NCBI RefSeq assembly: GCF_001194135.2
Contig: NC_068988.1
Coordinates: forward strand, 80,642,970-80,706,969
DNA from: Octopus bimaculoides
Taxonomy: Eukaryota
Length of the DNA: 64,000 nucleotides
Reading direction: 5' to 3'
This document shows, piece by piece, positions 1-13,947 of the stretch. Below the pieces are notes generated by a model, which was not told the DNA's origin, did not search any database, and saw only the letters and a list, made by a program, of their open reading frames with translations. Both the position numbers and the translations under genes were made by a program. The number at the start of each line of letters is the position of its first letter. Within the stretch, counting starts at the first letter, position 1.

Positions 1-3000
1 TCCCCTCTCAGATTCACACTCTCATTGCAGCGGTCCTTCAGTTTTTCTAAGCCCTGTAAAAGAACTTGGAAGGTTTGGCCTCCAACCAGGCTTTTCGTGA
101 TATCTTTGAAGCCAGAAACTTTTCAGCAACCCCTCATATGCCAAGGAGTTGACAGATTTTACGTGGTTTTATTTCCATTGTGTTTATTGATCCCTTCTGA
201 TTGAGATATTGACATAAAGATGAATATCTTCTGCTTTTTCAAAGTCATGTTAAGTATACAAACTAGTATTTGTAAAGAAAGTAATATCAGCATAATTTGT
301 GTTATTGTTGTAATTGGTTAGTCATCATTTAACATGTTTTCTATGCTGGAATGGGTCAGATGGTTTGACAGGGCCCAATAAGCCACAGAGCTGCATTAGC
401 CCCCAATGTCAGCTTTGGCATGGTTTCTACAGCTGGATGCCCTTCCTAACAGCCACACCATAATTATCTTCAGTCCACATATAGCATTACAAAATTGAAG
501 GATGGCATTGAATGCCTCTTCTTCCACACACAGTGTGGTATCTTATCAAAAGCCACCTGCCTTACTGTTTTTGTTCTTTTCCAGTGCTTCCTGCCATTAA
601 TTTTATAACCAATTGCTACAGCAATGAGGACTGATTTGATCGTGCACACAGCAGTAAATAAACAATTTTGCTTTTAATATATTCTGGTAAATATAAAATC
701 TAGGCTAAATTTAGCTGGTCAACATTCATACAGGAATTGCTTCAGACTCCCATGAGGGATCACTATGGATGATGGGACCAAGTTAATAAATCCAATATCT
801 GGGACTGTTATCTAAGATAGACTAGCTTCTATATTTAACTTTCACCCTTTCTTCGTACAAGGAACAGAACATAATATTCCATATAGTTAGTCATTTAGAG
901 AACTAGTGAAATTCCTACCTCATTACACATTACAGCCAACTTTACATATAGCAAGTGTCCCTAGACATCTTCCTATCATTGTACTCTATATTAGCACAGT
1001 AAACCTAGCTGTCAATAATGGCTACCATATCTAGCAATATCACCTGTAAGTGTTCTATCAATATGAAACCCAAATCAATCAGCAGCTTTCAACACTCACT
1101 GCACCTCAGAGATATTTCATTTACATTTCGCTAAAACTATATTATTGTGTTTCTGACAAAGCACAGCAACCTTATATCTTAGAATAGGTTCTGATGGGTA
1201 AAAGTGAGTTATGATATTCATGCCTCATAAATTGAAATACACTGTCAGTAGAACATTAGTTTCAAGTAACCAACAGCTTACATCTTATTCCATAGATTTT
1301 ACATAACCAGGGAAAATAACATCTAAAATATCAAATCAATGACAGAACAGTTTACATAGTCATTCAACCAGATAGAATGAACAACCAAATCTTCCTCAAA
1401 TGACATCCTACTATCTTAAAGGACAGAGTATATAAGATGACACCATATGACTGAGCAAAACGAATAACACTATATCACACATCACATAAGATTGGTCCTT
1501 AATTCTAGGAGTCTATATTCTATATTTGTATAGGTTTTACTTAGTTGTCAGCTTTTGTTTGCAAACTGACTTAATCAACAATAGAATTAAGTGTTCCAAG
1601 AATATAAGAATCTTAGTAACAATGTGGATAGAGAAGTTCAGGGAGCTATTAGCTCTGCTGCTAACAAGTATTTTCAATGAATATAGAGAAAACTGTATGA
1701 TGCTTATGTACTATGATATTGCATGGCAATAAAACACACTGAAAGCAGACGATGTGTGAAGGCTGGGAAAATATTTTCTACTCTATGTACAGGTTATACT
1801 GCTACTCTCCACCTTTCCTGTACTAACACCTCCTTCCTAAGTCATTCCTACTTCTTTCGTCTCACCATACCCAACAGCTGTCTTGCACCACATCTAGTTT
1901 ACCATTCACTACATTCACCCATCTGTTACTTACCTCTTACTCTTGTGAACCTATCCACTCTCCCTTCTCTCCCTTATACTCACCTACTTGAACTTTGACA
2001 GTGCATTGACACATTGTCACCAGCATCTTTATCTTCTTTCCAGTTACTCCAACAAAACATTTTATTAATCCAAGGTAGCCATGTATCACATCTACAGCAA
2101 ACATTTGGCATAAAGTCACCTCCCTCTACTACACCCTCACCCACTCAGTTGAGGAGACCTTTTTCTATCATATGAGGTACTTGGCAACCTCACTAGTGTT
2201 GGTACCACAGAAAAGTACCCTGCACACTGTAAAGTGATTGACATTAGAGAGGGCATCCAGCCATAAAAAACATGCCAAATGCAGACATTGGAGCATGACC
2301 TTCCTGACACACTGAATACTGCCAAAACATCCAACCCATGCCAATATAAGAGATTGGCATTTATTGATGTTGATAATGACAATATATGTCTCCTTGCATT
2401 ATCATACAAGTGATACATTTGTTTGCCGTCTTCTGTGAAAACATTTCTGGACAAATATCAACTTACTTGGAAACAGATGAGGGTTAACAAAAAGTACATC
2501 TGGCCATGTAAAATCTGCCTTATAAAATTTCATCTGACCCATGAAAGTACTAAATAATGATGATGTATATAATGCTCTAGGTGGGTTTCTTAATATAACC
2601 TTAGGCCTGCATCTGCTACCCAGCTTTGTTACCTCTTTGAGTGACAAGTGAATGACATTGAGAAGAGGGCATCAAACTATTGCAAGCATTCTTATCACTT
2701 GTCTATCACACATCACCCTTTTACATGTTCTATCTTATTCATTGTATTCTGCTGCTCTGTTGTTACAAATTTTCTCATTTCTCTCAAACTTATCTCACTA
2801 ACTCTTACTCATGGCACCATGTTGCCTATGTAGTAAGAGATTCTACTAAACCTGTGCCTATTCTGCCACAATCTTATTCACTCTCAAAACATATGAAGAG
2901 GGACAACATTAGACCTGTTTGATGTTAACATTGTGTAATGTCAGCCATCACTTCCTCTCTCTCTATTGACATCCATTACTCTCTTCCACCATCACCCATC

Positions 3001-4156
3001 TGTTCCCATTCTCTCTCTCTCTCACACCGGCAACATAAAGCCTATATTACTCTCCCTTTCATTACTTTCCCCAGCACTAACTTTTCCATCTTCCTACCCA
3101 GGCCCCACTGTCCTCACTCTTCTACCCATTGCCTTGAATTATTAGAAACTCTACAAAGTTTATGTAACTAGTGTTAGCACCACAAAATACACCCAGTACA
3201 ACATAGAGGTGAGGAAAGAAAAGGGTATCCAGAAATAGAAACTGAACCAAAACTGGAATATATAAGTGAGATGTGGTCCACTGACCCATATAGAAGGGGA
3301 GTAACTGAATACTCAGAGAGCAAAAAAAGCAAACAAAATGATGATGATGATGCCACTGACAATGACATTGCCAGCATTGTATGTAAATAAAGCTCTGTGT
3401 AGAATACCATAAACTTCAAGGCAAAGTATAAAATGTTATCATGTGCAGATGTTTTATAGGTCTTCTGGACAGGTAAAGTGGGAAATGACCAAAATGTTCT
3501 AAGCAGCAAGATACAAAACAATCTCGAACAACAAGCAAGAAAAAATGAAAATATCAAACATATTTCTGCCAGTTTAGTATGGTGCTATACTTGTTTCTCT
3601 TCTTGAAAGTGACGAAAGACATCAGACAATAATTTGGCTGTCACCATGGATATCTGGAAAATTTATGTTGGTTAAGTACAACTGAAGGGAGTCTTAAAAC
3701 AGTATTGCATGTTTCAGAAGCCTTTATTGGCATTGGAAAGACACTTTACTGGATAAATAAATCTCATTCAAGACAGTTGCAACACAACAGCCTCTGCAAA
3801 CTGGATATGAATTCATTAAGTGCATGTATACGACAAAGTATCAAACTAAGAAATATTTCTATATTAACAAAAATGTACTATACAATTTGGAGGCATCATT
3901 AAAATTCAAATTTCTGCAATAAATAGAAGACTAAAATGAAGCAATATTCATTCCGAATACTTTTTATTTACTTTACATTTCTGTATATCAGTTTACTAGT
4001 AAAATTCTCTCATTTCTTGTCGATTGTATTAGCTATTATTATACATGTTTAGCTTTCAGAGATTTCATTTCATTAATAAAATGTCCAACCAATATTATCA
4101 AGGAAAAAATAAAGAAAAATTTTTAAATGCTAAATATTCTTAAAACTTCAACAAGG

Positions 4157-4250
4157 TATACAATACCTTCATTTCACACAATGCCAGTAACATATACACA
4201 TAGATATATGTATGCATTACTGGCATTGTGTGAAATTAAGGTACTGTATA
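4157..4250. repeat. Inverted repeat: 34-bp arms (32/34 complementary), 26-nt AT-rich loop
   Basis: 4157-4190 tatacaataccttcatttcacacaatgccagtaa versus 4217-4250 ttactggcattgtgtgaaattaaggtactgtata. Confidence 0.9.
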
Positions 4251-4267
4251 ATTGTCTGTGTATCTAA

Positions 4268-4300
<33 letters not shown>

Positions 4301-4857
4301 CTCTTTTACTTGTTTCAGTCATTTGACTGCGGCCATGCTGGAGCACCGCCTTTAGCCGAGCAAATCGACCCCGGGACTTATTCTTTGTAAGCCTAGTACT
4401 TATTCTATCAGTCTCTTTTTACCGAACCGCCAAGTGACGGGGACATAAACACACCAGCATCGGTTGTCAAGCCATGCTAGGACAAACACAGACACACATA
4501 CATANNNNNNNNNNNNNNNNNNNNNNNNNNNNNNNNNNNNNNNNNNNNNNNNNNNNNNNNNNNNNNNNNNNNNNNNNNNNNNNNNNNNNNNNNNNNNNNN
4601 NNNNNNNNNNNNNNNNNNNNNNNNNNNNNNNNNNNNNNNNNNNNNNNNNNNNNNNNNNNNNNNNNNNNNNNNNNNNNNNNNNNNNNNNNNNNNNNNNNNN
4701 NNNNNNNNNNNNNNNNNNNNNNNNNNNNNNNNNNNNNNNNNNNNNNNNNNNNNNNNNNNNNNNNNNNNNNNNNNNNNNNNNNNNNNNNNNNNNNNNNNNN
4801 NNNNNNNNNNNNNNNNNNNNNNNNNNNNNNNGCTACTTACCACACAGCCACTCCTGC
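4301..4857 (-). mobile_element. tRNA-derived SINE (head AGGAGTGGCTGTGTGGTAAGTAGC), split by an N gap, with (TA)n tail
   Basis: Head at 4832-4857 and 3' body at 4301-4504. Related copies near 16255-16400, 20170-20300, 22030-22190, 26285-26420, 27090-27225, 36360-36745, 42645-42710, 50135-50290, 58945-59270, 61490-61570 and 63570-63705. Confidence 0.7.
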
Positions 4858-4871
4858 ATACTTTTATTTAT

Positions 4872-4927
<56 letters not shown>

Positions 4928-6764
4928 CCACCCATCACACCCATCATCACCATATCACCACCACCACCACCACCACCACACACACACACACATATTTACT
5001 AGATTTAAATTTTCTTATATACCATGGATATTGCATGAATATTGTCTCCACACGGAGACACTGTAAAAGATAACTTCCTTCAACAATTACCTAAATTTGT
5101 TTAAAACAGTCTATTAAGTGTTTGGTTATGTTCAAGATCCACAAATAGAAACCAGCATCTAGTAAATTGATGGTTGAATTCAAATTCAAAAGAAAAATGA
5201 AAATATCAAGTTAAGACTATATCTTGGTAAATTTAAAAAAAAAAAGCTAAAACAAACTGCTGCCAAATATATTTTATTTAATTAAGACTATTTCAATCAC
5301 AAAATTATCAAAGAGTCATATTATATACATATATCACTTAAAATGCTAATTCAAACATCAAACTTTTAATGCTTTGTTCAGGTGATCATACCATGAATCC
5401 AGCACAATCTTGAAAATTACCCATTTTGGTACAGATGTCAAGAAGAGAAAACAGTTATAGATTTTATTTCTTAAAATCTTTACAGTATTGTAGTATCAAT
5501 CTTGTCATTACAATTGACAGCATGCAATAAATAGTTTGGCTTCTTATAACCTCAACCGTGGACTGCAAATGAAATTACAGACACATTCCATTTTATCCAG
5601 GATATCATAATTGGAGAGACACTAATAATTGTGACAGCCACTTCCCATCAGTCACATTGTCATTTCTTGATGAAACAATGAAATTGCTGTGATTATTACC
5701 TCAGCTAATGAGCTGCAGTTACTGACAGCAGAACATGGCAAGACCGAGCAATTTACCAACAAAGCTTATACCAATTCTCTAAACTAATCCCAAGCTTCTA
5801 AGTGGAATTCAGAAGCACAGATTTTATGACAGAACAAGAAATTGTCAAAATTATCAATGTCTGGTCTTCCTTATTAAAAATAAGGAGTTAAAACTCAAAT
5901 GCAAAAGTCACAAACAAAAACAATTTTTCTAAGTTAATGATTTTCTAAAGGAGAAAAAATACTGTCAACCTCTGAGGTACTATGAAACTGCTTGAAGTTA
6001 GATACAACCAGACTATTGAGTTGAACACTTAAATTTATAAACTACCATTTAGGATAAAACTGGTGTTTAATATATTTAATGCAACCCTATATAGTGAAGT
6101 GGCTGTATTATACAGAGTTATTGTTCTTAATGATCAGCACCAAGAGACAGCCAATAAGAGGAAAGAAGAATTCAATTGTTCTCTTCAAAAATGGAAAGCA
6201 ACTTTAGATAAATTAGCAAATAATTTTCATCAGATGGCAGAGTAAAAAGTACAGAAACTCAATTGATGAATAATGTGTATGATGCACTAAAATCTTGCAG
6301 AAAAATTAGGCACCTAAGGGGACAGAGAATGCTATTCTAATAACAGATTCTTGAAAATTAATCTATATCACTTAAAGATAAAAGACTTTTGAACCAGAAG
6401 GAAAATAATGTAAAAGTTTAAAAACTAATATCTCAAGTCTAGGATACTTACAAAGTTATTTAATAACAAACTTTTTAAATATATCTTATGACAAAGCAGG
6501 GAAATTGCTCAAAATTTTTAAGGAAATAATGTAAAAGCCAAAGTAACATTGTGTCAGTCACAATATGGAGCAGTCAAATTAATAGATTGGGTCATTACAC
6601 AGAAGTAAGAAAAAAATATGTAATGAAGTGCATAGCAGTTCAAGTAGTTTGTTAGTTGATTTAATAGCTTTGGAGCAGTTTCAATATATGTAGCTTATTC
6701 AAAACAAGTTTTGAACGTTTTTTTCTTTTTTTCTTTTTTTTCACTTGACTTGAGTATAAATCAT

Positions 6765-6953
6765 TCACATGCTGCCCGACTGATTTTGATTTAAATTCAA
6801 ATCAAGTTTCCGTTGGATGTTATCAAAACTATCTTGCCCCATATAGTCAATCTCACCATGCTCCCATGCCATACGTTTTTCAAATTCATCCATTGCTGCT
6901 CTTTGTCCTTGACAGCTTAAATCTGCACCAATGATTGGACCAGTAAGAGCAAT
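6765..6953 (-). CDS. GYG1: Glycogenin last coding exon (IALTGPIIG...[33 protein letters not shown])
   Basis: tttgcag|ATT, phase 0. Conserved glycogen-synthase-binding tail. TGA at 6765-6767. Confidence 0.95.
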   Translation of the reverse strand: MALTGPIIGADLSCQGQRAAMDEFEKRMAWEHGEIDYMGQDSFDNIQRKLDLNLNQNQSGSM

Positions 6954-9900
6954 CTGCAAACGAGAAATTTATTCAAATTAACAAAAGAAAATATTAATAA
7001 TGTAAGCATATAGAAAAGCTTATGAAAATTAAGCTCTACAGGGAAAAATAGAAAAACAAAAAAGGAAAACTGTTTAAAATTTTGAATTATATTCTACAAG
7101 CAAAATATCTTTTTTTATTTCTACAATTATCTTTGAATAGTAAAACCAAATTCAATATATGAATAATTTCAAATTAACATGTAGTATTAAATTGAATTTA
7201 TATAGTATTTTAAATGTTTAAGGATTCTAAAATTTCTACACAAAAATCCAACATTGAAACTTACCCTAGAAAGTGGGGGAGGAGAAGGAGAAGAAGGAAG
7301 AAAAGAGGGAGGGGCAGTTGACAAATTAAAATCCTTGAAAGCATTTTAAAAAAGGAAAAAAGGCAATATAAATTAAAAGAACATAATTAGTGCATAACAG
7401 AATCCTGCCCCATAGTAATCAATGCATTAAATATACAGACATTATATGTATAAAACTATAAAAAATGTAAAGATATTAAACTATTCATAACTTTATTTCA
7501 TACAAATTGTTCACTTTGATTATATTTAACACTCCGTTAACTAGTGTAGATCAGTGAAACAAGAAACGATTAATGATTTGGTATGTTCAATGAAATGCAG
7601 AAAATATATTAATGTTATAAATCATATATATATATATATATAAATTTAATGAATGGAGTGAAATGCATATTTTAACTGCATACTTTTATTGGAAATAAAA
7701 GTATGCAGTTAAAATATGAGTTTTACTCCATTCATTAGATTTATATATACTGAAGTACCCAAAATATCAAGGAGTTTCTACCTCATAAACAGGAGTTACA
7801 CCACAGTTATTTTGTGATCTTTGCACCCTGGTATCTATTAACCAATTTATTTTGTCCGAGTTATTTATTAATTAGGAGAAAATAAACACATAATAATTAT
7901 ATATATATATATATATAGAAAATAATTAATCAAAAACCATTTCATTAATTCTCTAATATCGCTAAATTCCACCTTTTTTCATGTTAGTATTTGCAATGTA
8001 TTTATACCATAAAACAGGTTCACTTCAGGAGGTACAGATTTATGTGGCTTATCTATTTATCTATCAATTGCAGTACTGATTTGCTTTTTTGTTTTTTTAG
8101 TAGACAAAAGATTTCATTGAGCCAAAATATATTTTATAACATTCCACTATATTTTAAAACTACAATAAAAGTTATCAATTATTAAAACTTAGCATTCCTT
8201 TTAATCAATGAAAACAGAATTTAGATAGACTGTTCATAAGTAAAAGTGTCATAATTAATCAAATGATTGCCCATACTACAGAACTGAAGGGAGAGCTCAC
8301 TTATCAAAGATCAAATTTGACTTTTCATCATCTTACAGAACTACCACTATAAAATAGTTACAGGACTAGAGTTTCATTTTACAGTAACATCATATCCTTC
8401 AAGTGATCAAAAAAGCAGAAACATTCAAATAAACAACTGAGAAATAAAATTTTAGCAAAGAAGAAAAAAATTGAATAAAATGCAAAATGAAATTTATGGA
8501 AATAGATTGAATTTTAGTTTATAAATTCCAAAATGATAATTTTACACTGAATTTATGGTAAAATAAAGGTACAAAAATACAATTAAACACTTTTTTTAAT
8601 TTGTAAATGGTAAGCCAAAATATATCACATTTTTGCTTTGCTTATAAAAAAGAGAAGAATTGGTTTTTAGAATATTTTATTTTAAGAAATATTAACTTTT
8701 GTATCAAATTCATTTTTCTTTATACTGATATTTCAAACTTTCAAAAACTAAAACTCATTTATATATGAAAAATAAACACTAAAAAGTGTAACTAGAAAAA
8801 GATAATAATAGTTGGCACTTTATTTTGTTTAGTTACAAATGTTTCTTGTGTTTTTCTTGCTTTTTCTTTTCGAAGAGAGGAGTCCAGTTTATTTTATATC
8901 AAGAAAATGTTAATTAATGGCTCAATGAAAGAATCATTTCAAAAGAAGCCTTCTTATAAATTTGATAATAGTAAATTCTAGTAAATTTCTGGGGTTGCAT
9001 GTTTAGAAACAGAGGTAGATAACTAACAATGCTATACTAAATTCTTGTCTTAGTAAGCTTTCAAGTTATTTTTATGTAGACTTCACACAAGTTCAAAGCA
9101 CATCCAAATTATTCTGCAATCAAATAATCAACAACTCGGCCCAAAATCGAAAGTTTGTAACAACTGTATCACACACCAAGCAAAGTAATTTGGTTGAAAC
9201 AACAACCATGTTAACTACATTCAAAGATTTGGTTTAAAATGAAATGACAGGTTCCACCTAGTTCAAAAAATTTAATATTAATTATCAGTACACTAGCAGG
9301 TTTTACTACTTTCAGTACTTATCTAATAACAGAGGGATGACAGAATAGGTAGGGTGTGGTACAAACTACTTTATGGTATTTGATTTACAATCCTTCACAT
9401 TCTGAGCTTATTCTATCTTGACCACTTTGCTATTATAAAATAAGTACTAGTTAATAATACAAATACTATGACCAATGTTGGTGACTATACCCTAAAAGTC
9501 AGCCAGTTGTATCTCATGTACCAATTAAGACTGGTGTTCATCATCATCATCATCATCGTTTAACGTCCGCTTTCCATGCTAGCATGGGTTGGACGATTTG
9601 ACTGAGGACTGGTGAACCAGATGGCAACACCAGGCTCCAATCTAATTTGGCAGAGTTTCTACAGCTGGATGCCCTTCCTAACGCCAACCACTCAGAGAGT
9701 GTAGTGGGTGCTTTTACGTGTCACCCGCACGAAAACGGCCACGCTCGAAATGGTGTCTTTTATGTGCCANNNNNNNNNNNNNNNNNNNNNNNNNNNNNNN
9801 NNNNNNNNNNNNNNNNNNNNNNNNNNNNNNNNNNNNNNNNNNNNNNNNNNNNNNNNNNNNNNNNNNNNNNNNNNNNNNNNNNNNNNNNNNNNNNNNNNNN

Positions 9901-12900
9901 NNNNNNNNNNNNNNNNNNNNNNNNNNNNNNNNNNNNNNNNNNNNNNNACTTGGCTTGCAGGGTCTTCTCACGCACAGCACATTTCCAAAGGTCTCGGTCA
10001 GTAGTCATCGCCTCGGTGAGGCCCAATGTACGAAGGTCTTGCCTCACCACCTCAGCCCAGGTCTTCCTGGGCCTACCTCTTCCACGGGTTCCCTCAACTG
10101 TTAGGGTGTGGCACTTTTTCACGCAGCTATCCTCATCCATTCTCACCACATGTCCATACCAGCGCAATCGTCTCTCTTGCACACCACAACTGATGCTTCT
10201 AATGTTCAGCTTTTCTCTCAAGATACTTACTCTGACGGGTATTCACATTGACATTAAATTTACCAGAAATATTAATATGTACCCAGATTAATCTAAGTAC
10301 TTCCAATAAGCCATTTAATAGAAATTTTTGTCAAGACAATATATCTAAAATTGAAAATTTTATCAAAATTAATGTCAGTCAGCTCAAAAGTGTTTAAAGC
10401 ACAAAAAACATTTGTAACAAACCAGATTGAATGAAACCATACCAAATTAGCACTAATACAATGGATAAGAAAATTTTTTTTAAAAAAGCTTTAAGCAAAA
10501 ATGAATGTAGCAGCAATAAAACAATTATATATATATATATATGCATGTATGTATGTGTGCGTGCATGTTCACACATACTAATAAAGAAAAGGACTATTCA
10601 CTACCAATTATAGAAAGAAAATAGGTCACTAATTAGATAATATAAGGATTAATTTGTCCTCAAAATAGTTACATACCTTTAATTCTTGTGATTTCTTTAA
10701 AATGTAACAATTACGAAAATAAAATAAAAAAAAGAAATTCAAATGAGATGAGGTTTTAGTTGCTATTTTTAAAGCAAAAAATCAGCCAAATTTAACATGT
10801 AAATAAATCATACCATTATTGAAGACAATGTTAGTTTTGTCAAACAAAATTCAGACATATTAGAATAAAACATTTCAAAACAACATGGGAATGCAAACAA
10901 AGCCATTGACAAGGTACCCCCCTGCACCTTTATCTGGAGGGCAATACAGAAGCCAGGGATAAATGAGCGGTTGGTGATAGTTGTACAAGCTATATACGGG
11001 GATGTTGTCAGTAAGGTGAAAGTTAGCAATGATTATAGCAATGAATTTGGTCTACAGGTAGTTCACAAAGGATTAGCTCTCTGCCCCCTCTCGTTCATCA
11101 GTCCTCAAGGCCATAATAGAGGAATTTAAGACTGGCAGCCCTAGGGAGCTCCTCTATGCTGATGACTGTTCTTATAGCTGATTCACAACCAGAACAAGGT
11201 CTGGAAGCAAAAGGCTTTACAGTTAATTTAAGAAAGGCCAAAGTCCTCGTAAGTAGGAAAACAGGCAAACCACAAATCCCTTCAGGGAGATGGCCCTGCT
11301 CGATATGTAGAAAAAGTGTAGGTAGAAACTCCATAAGGTTAACCCAGTGCAAGCTATGAACATGTAAGAGGTGCAGCAATATCACAGGAAGGTTAACAGA
11401 GAACGTAGCCATTGTATGTGGCAGATACACAGGTACAATAAACACTGAGAATGTTCAGAAAATAGACCGTCAAATGCTCTGGGGGGTTACTTAGAAGTAA
11501 TAAATAGCTTCTGTTACCTCGGTGGATGTTCTGAGAGCATAGCTGATAGAATAGGGACAGGCTGGGCAAAATTCAGAGTTTCTACCTTTGCTGATGAAAG
11601 GCTTCTCCCTCAGAGTGAAAGGCAGATTGTATGATGCCTGTGATGAACAGCCATGCTACATGGCAGTGAAACATGGGCTGTGACTGCAGAGAACAAGCAA
11701 AGGCTTGAAAGAAATGAAACCACCATGCTCTGCTGGATGTGTTATGCCAGTGTACATGTGCAACAGAGTGAAAGAATTTTAAGAAAAAGATTGGGTATAA
11801 GAAGCATCAGATGTAATGTGCATGAGAGAAGATTGTGCTGGTATGGCCATGTGATGCATATGGATGAGAACAGCTGCGTAAAGAAGTACCAATCTCTAAT
11901 TGTGGAGGGAACCTTTGGAAGGGCTAGACAACATGGGACAAGGTGGTGAAATATGATCTTTGGTTGAGCCTCACAGTGGCAATAACAAGTGATCGAGACT
12001 TCTGGTAATTTGCTCTGCCTGATAAGACACGTCAAGCTAAGTGAATCATAGTCACTGTCATTGCTGGTAATACATGAAAAACACCCAGAGCCCTCTGTGA
12101 AGTGGTTGACATTAGGAAGGGTATCCAGCTGTAGAGACCAAGCCAAACAGACAACTGGAGCCTGGTGTAGCTCTCTGGCTTACCAGTTCCAGTAAAACCA
12201 TCTAACCCATAACTGCATGGAAAATGGATGTATGATGATGATGATGAATTGGGTGAGATTAAAACATTTACAAAAACATTCCATAAAAATTAATTCAAAA
12301 CTGCCTTAATTCCTTCCACTAACTCTAGTAATAAATTGTATCCAAATAATATGTATCTAAACTAGCAGAATCAGTTTTCCTGCCATTATTTGAAGACACT
12401 GTAAAAAGTCAATCAAACTAAAACATGAACAACAAGATATTTTTTCATCAAAATTCTAACAGTTTTCCATTAAAAATACTAATTAATCCCTTACTAATTT
12501 CATAATCTCTAAATCTTTAAACTTCAAAACTGAGTTATAAAATGAGTGTTACCATCATACAACTAGTGTCATTCATTTCCAGTAGTCTGCCAAAAATACC
12601 TAGGAAATATTATCTTGCTTGGAAACAGTTGAAGGTTGATGACAGGAAAGGCATCCAGCCAAAGAAAATCAGCTTCAATAAACTCCATCTAAGCCATGGA
12701 AAAGTGGTTGTTAAAATGCTGATGGTTATGATGGAAATATTTCTCCAGTATTTTTAAAGAAAGATTTTTTTAATTAAACAAAAAAATCTTTAGCGATGAT
12801 ACAATTCTTGATCTGTTTCATTTTTTTTCAAATAAAATGTTCATCAACAACTAAACTGTCTTTTAATTGAACTAATAACAATTTTAAACCAGTTTTCTGA

Positions 12901-13905
12901 TCCTTTGCTATTTAAATAAGCAGGGACTGCTTATATGTATATTAACAGCTATCACTGCAACAAAATGATCATTATAAGACTGAAACCAGTCGATCTACTT
13001 TCTAAATCCCTCCCCATACAACTATAAATCTAAGGGTAGACCTTACAACAGATACTAGTAATGACTGTGACTGTACTATCTTAAAACTGTCATCTAAAAA
13101 AATTAGATGATAAAACTTCACAAGTTATAGTTATATTTTTAATGCCAAGCTATAAAGTTACTTATACAATACAAAACATGTTGACGTGCAATAAACTGTT
13201 TTCATGCAAGGTGATTGATTTTAGTTAAATCCCATAAAGAAACTTAAACATAATAAAAAGTCTACATACCCCATGATCAATTACAGGATGAACAGACTCC
13301 ATGAAAATGTTCCACCATCGCTGGAGGAAATCTGGATCATGACCAGAATTAGGCAGTGGGGTTACTGTCTTTGTTTTAGCATTATAACAGTGTTGCCAAG
13401 GTTTGATAGCGCCAAGAAAATGTACAATCTTTACGTTTTGCTTGAACCTGTGTATGAAAAATATATTATTGGTACTTTTTCCAAAAGTGAAGCATGAATA
13501 AAAATGGCCAGAATTCATAGAGAGCTTCAGGTAAAAAAAAAATTGCAGTTACAAAATAAAAGCATTCATATGAAATAAATTTAAAACTACACGCACAAAA
13601 ATCTTCTACATCAAATTCAAAATATCATTACTAAAGCCCAAAATTCAGTTACATATATTCTACACATTTGAATAGGATAAAATTGTAACAATCAGTTGAT
13701 TCTGGTTACTACAGATGTGATTATCTAAGTAATATTATATTAGCAGGACCTGTGAATATTTCACAGAATTAATGGTAAACTTATTGGGTTATTTCTGAAA
13801 ACTTTATCCCAAAAACCTGAAAGTGTAGCCTTTGTTGTGTCTATCACTTTGCTGCTAATCATTGAAAAGTCAAAGAAATTGCAATACGATGATTACTTAT
13901 TGCAC

Positions 13906-13947
<42 letters not shown>

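Noticed and set aside
3174-3900. Plus-strand protein-like stretch (HHKIHPVQ...SIVCK*, later SLVWCY..) suggesting an exon or a BED/zinc-finger gene
   Set aside because: Repeated in-frame stops, no complete Cys/His pattern and no clear splice partners. At best a decayed hAT/BED relic.
4400-5073. Long track ORFs across N gaps and microsatellites (also 9647-10291, 37578-38227, 41908-42264)
   Set aside because: Artefacts of N runs and simple repeats.
6063-6245. 60-aa coiled-coil-looking plus-strand ORF antisense to the glycogenin 3'UTR
   Set aside because: GTG start, no recognisable family, and length within chance expectation for AT-rich DNA.
8301-8346. Minus-strand gtgagc donor suggesting another intron-6 exon
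   Set aside because: No acceptor gives an open, phase-compatible exon.
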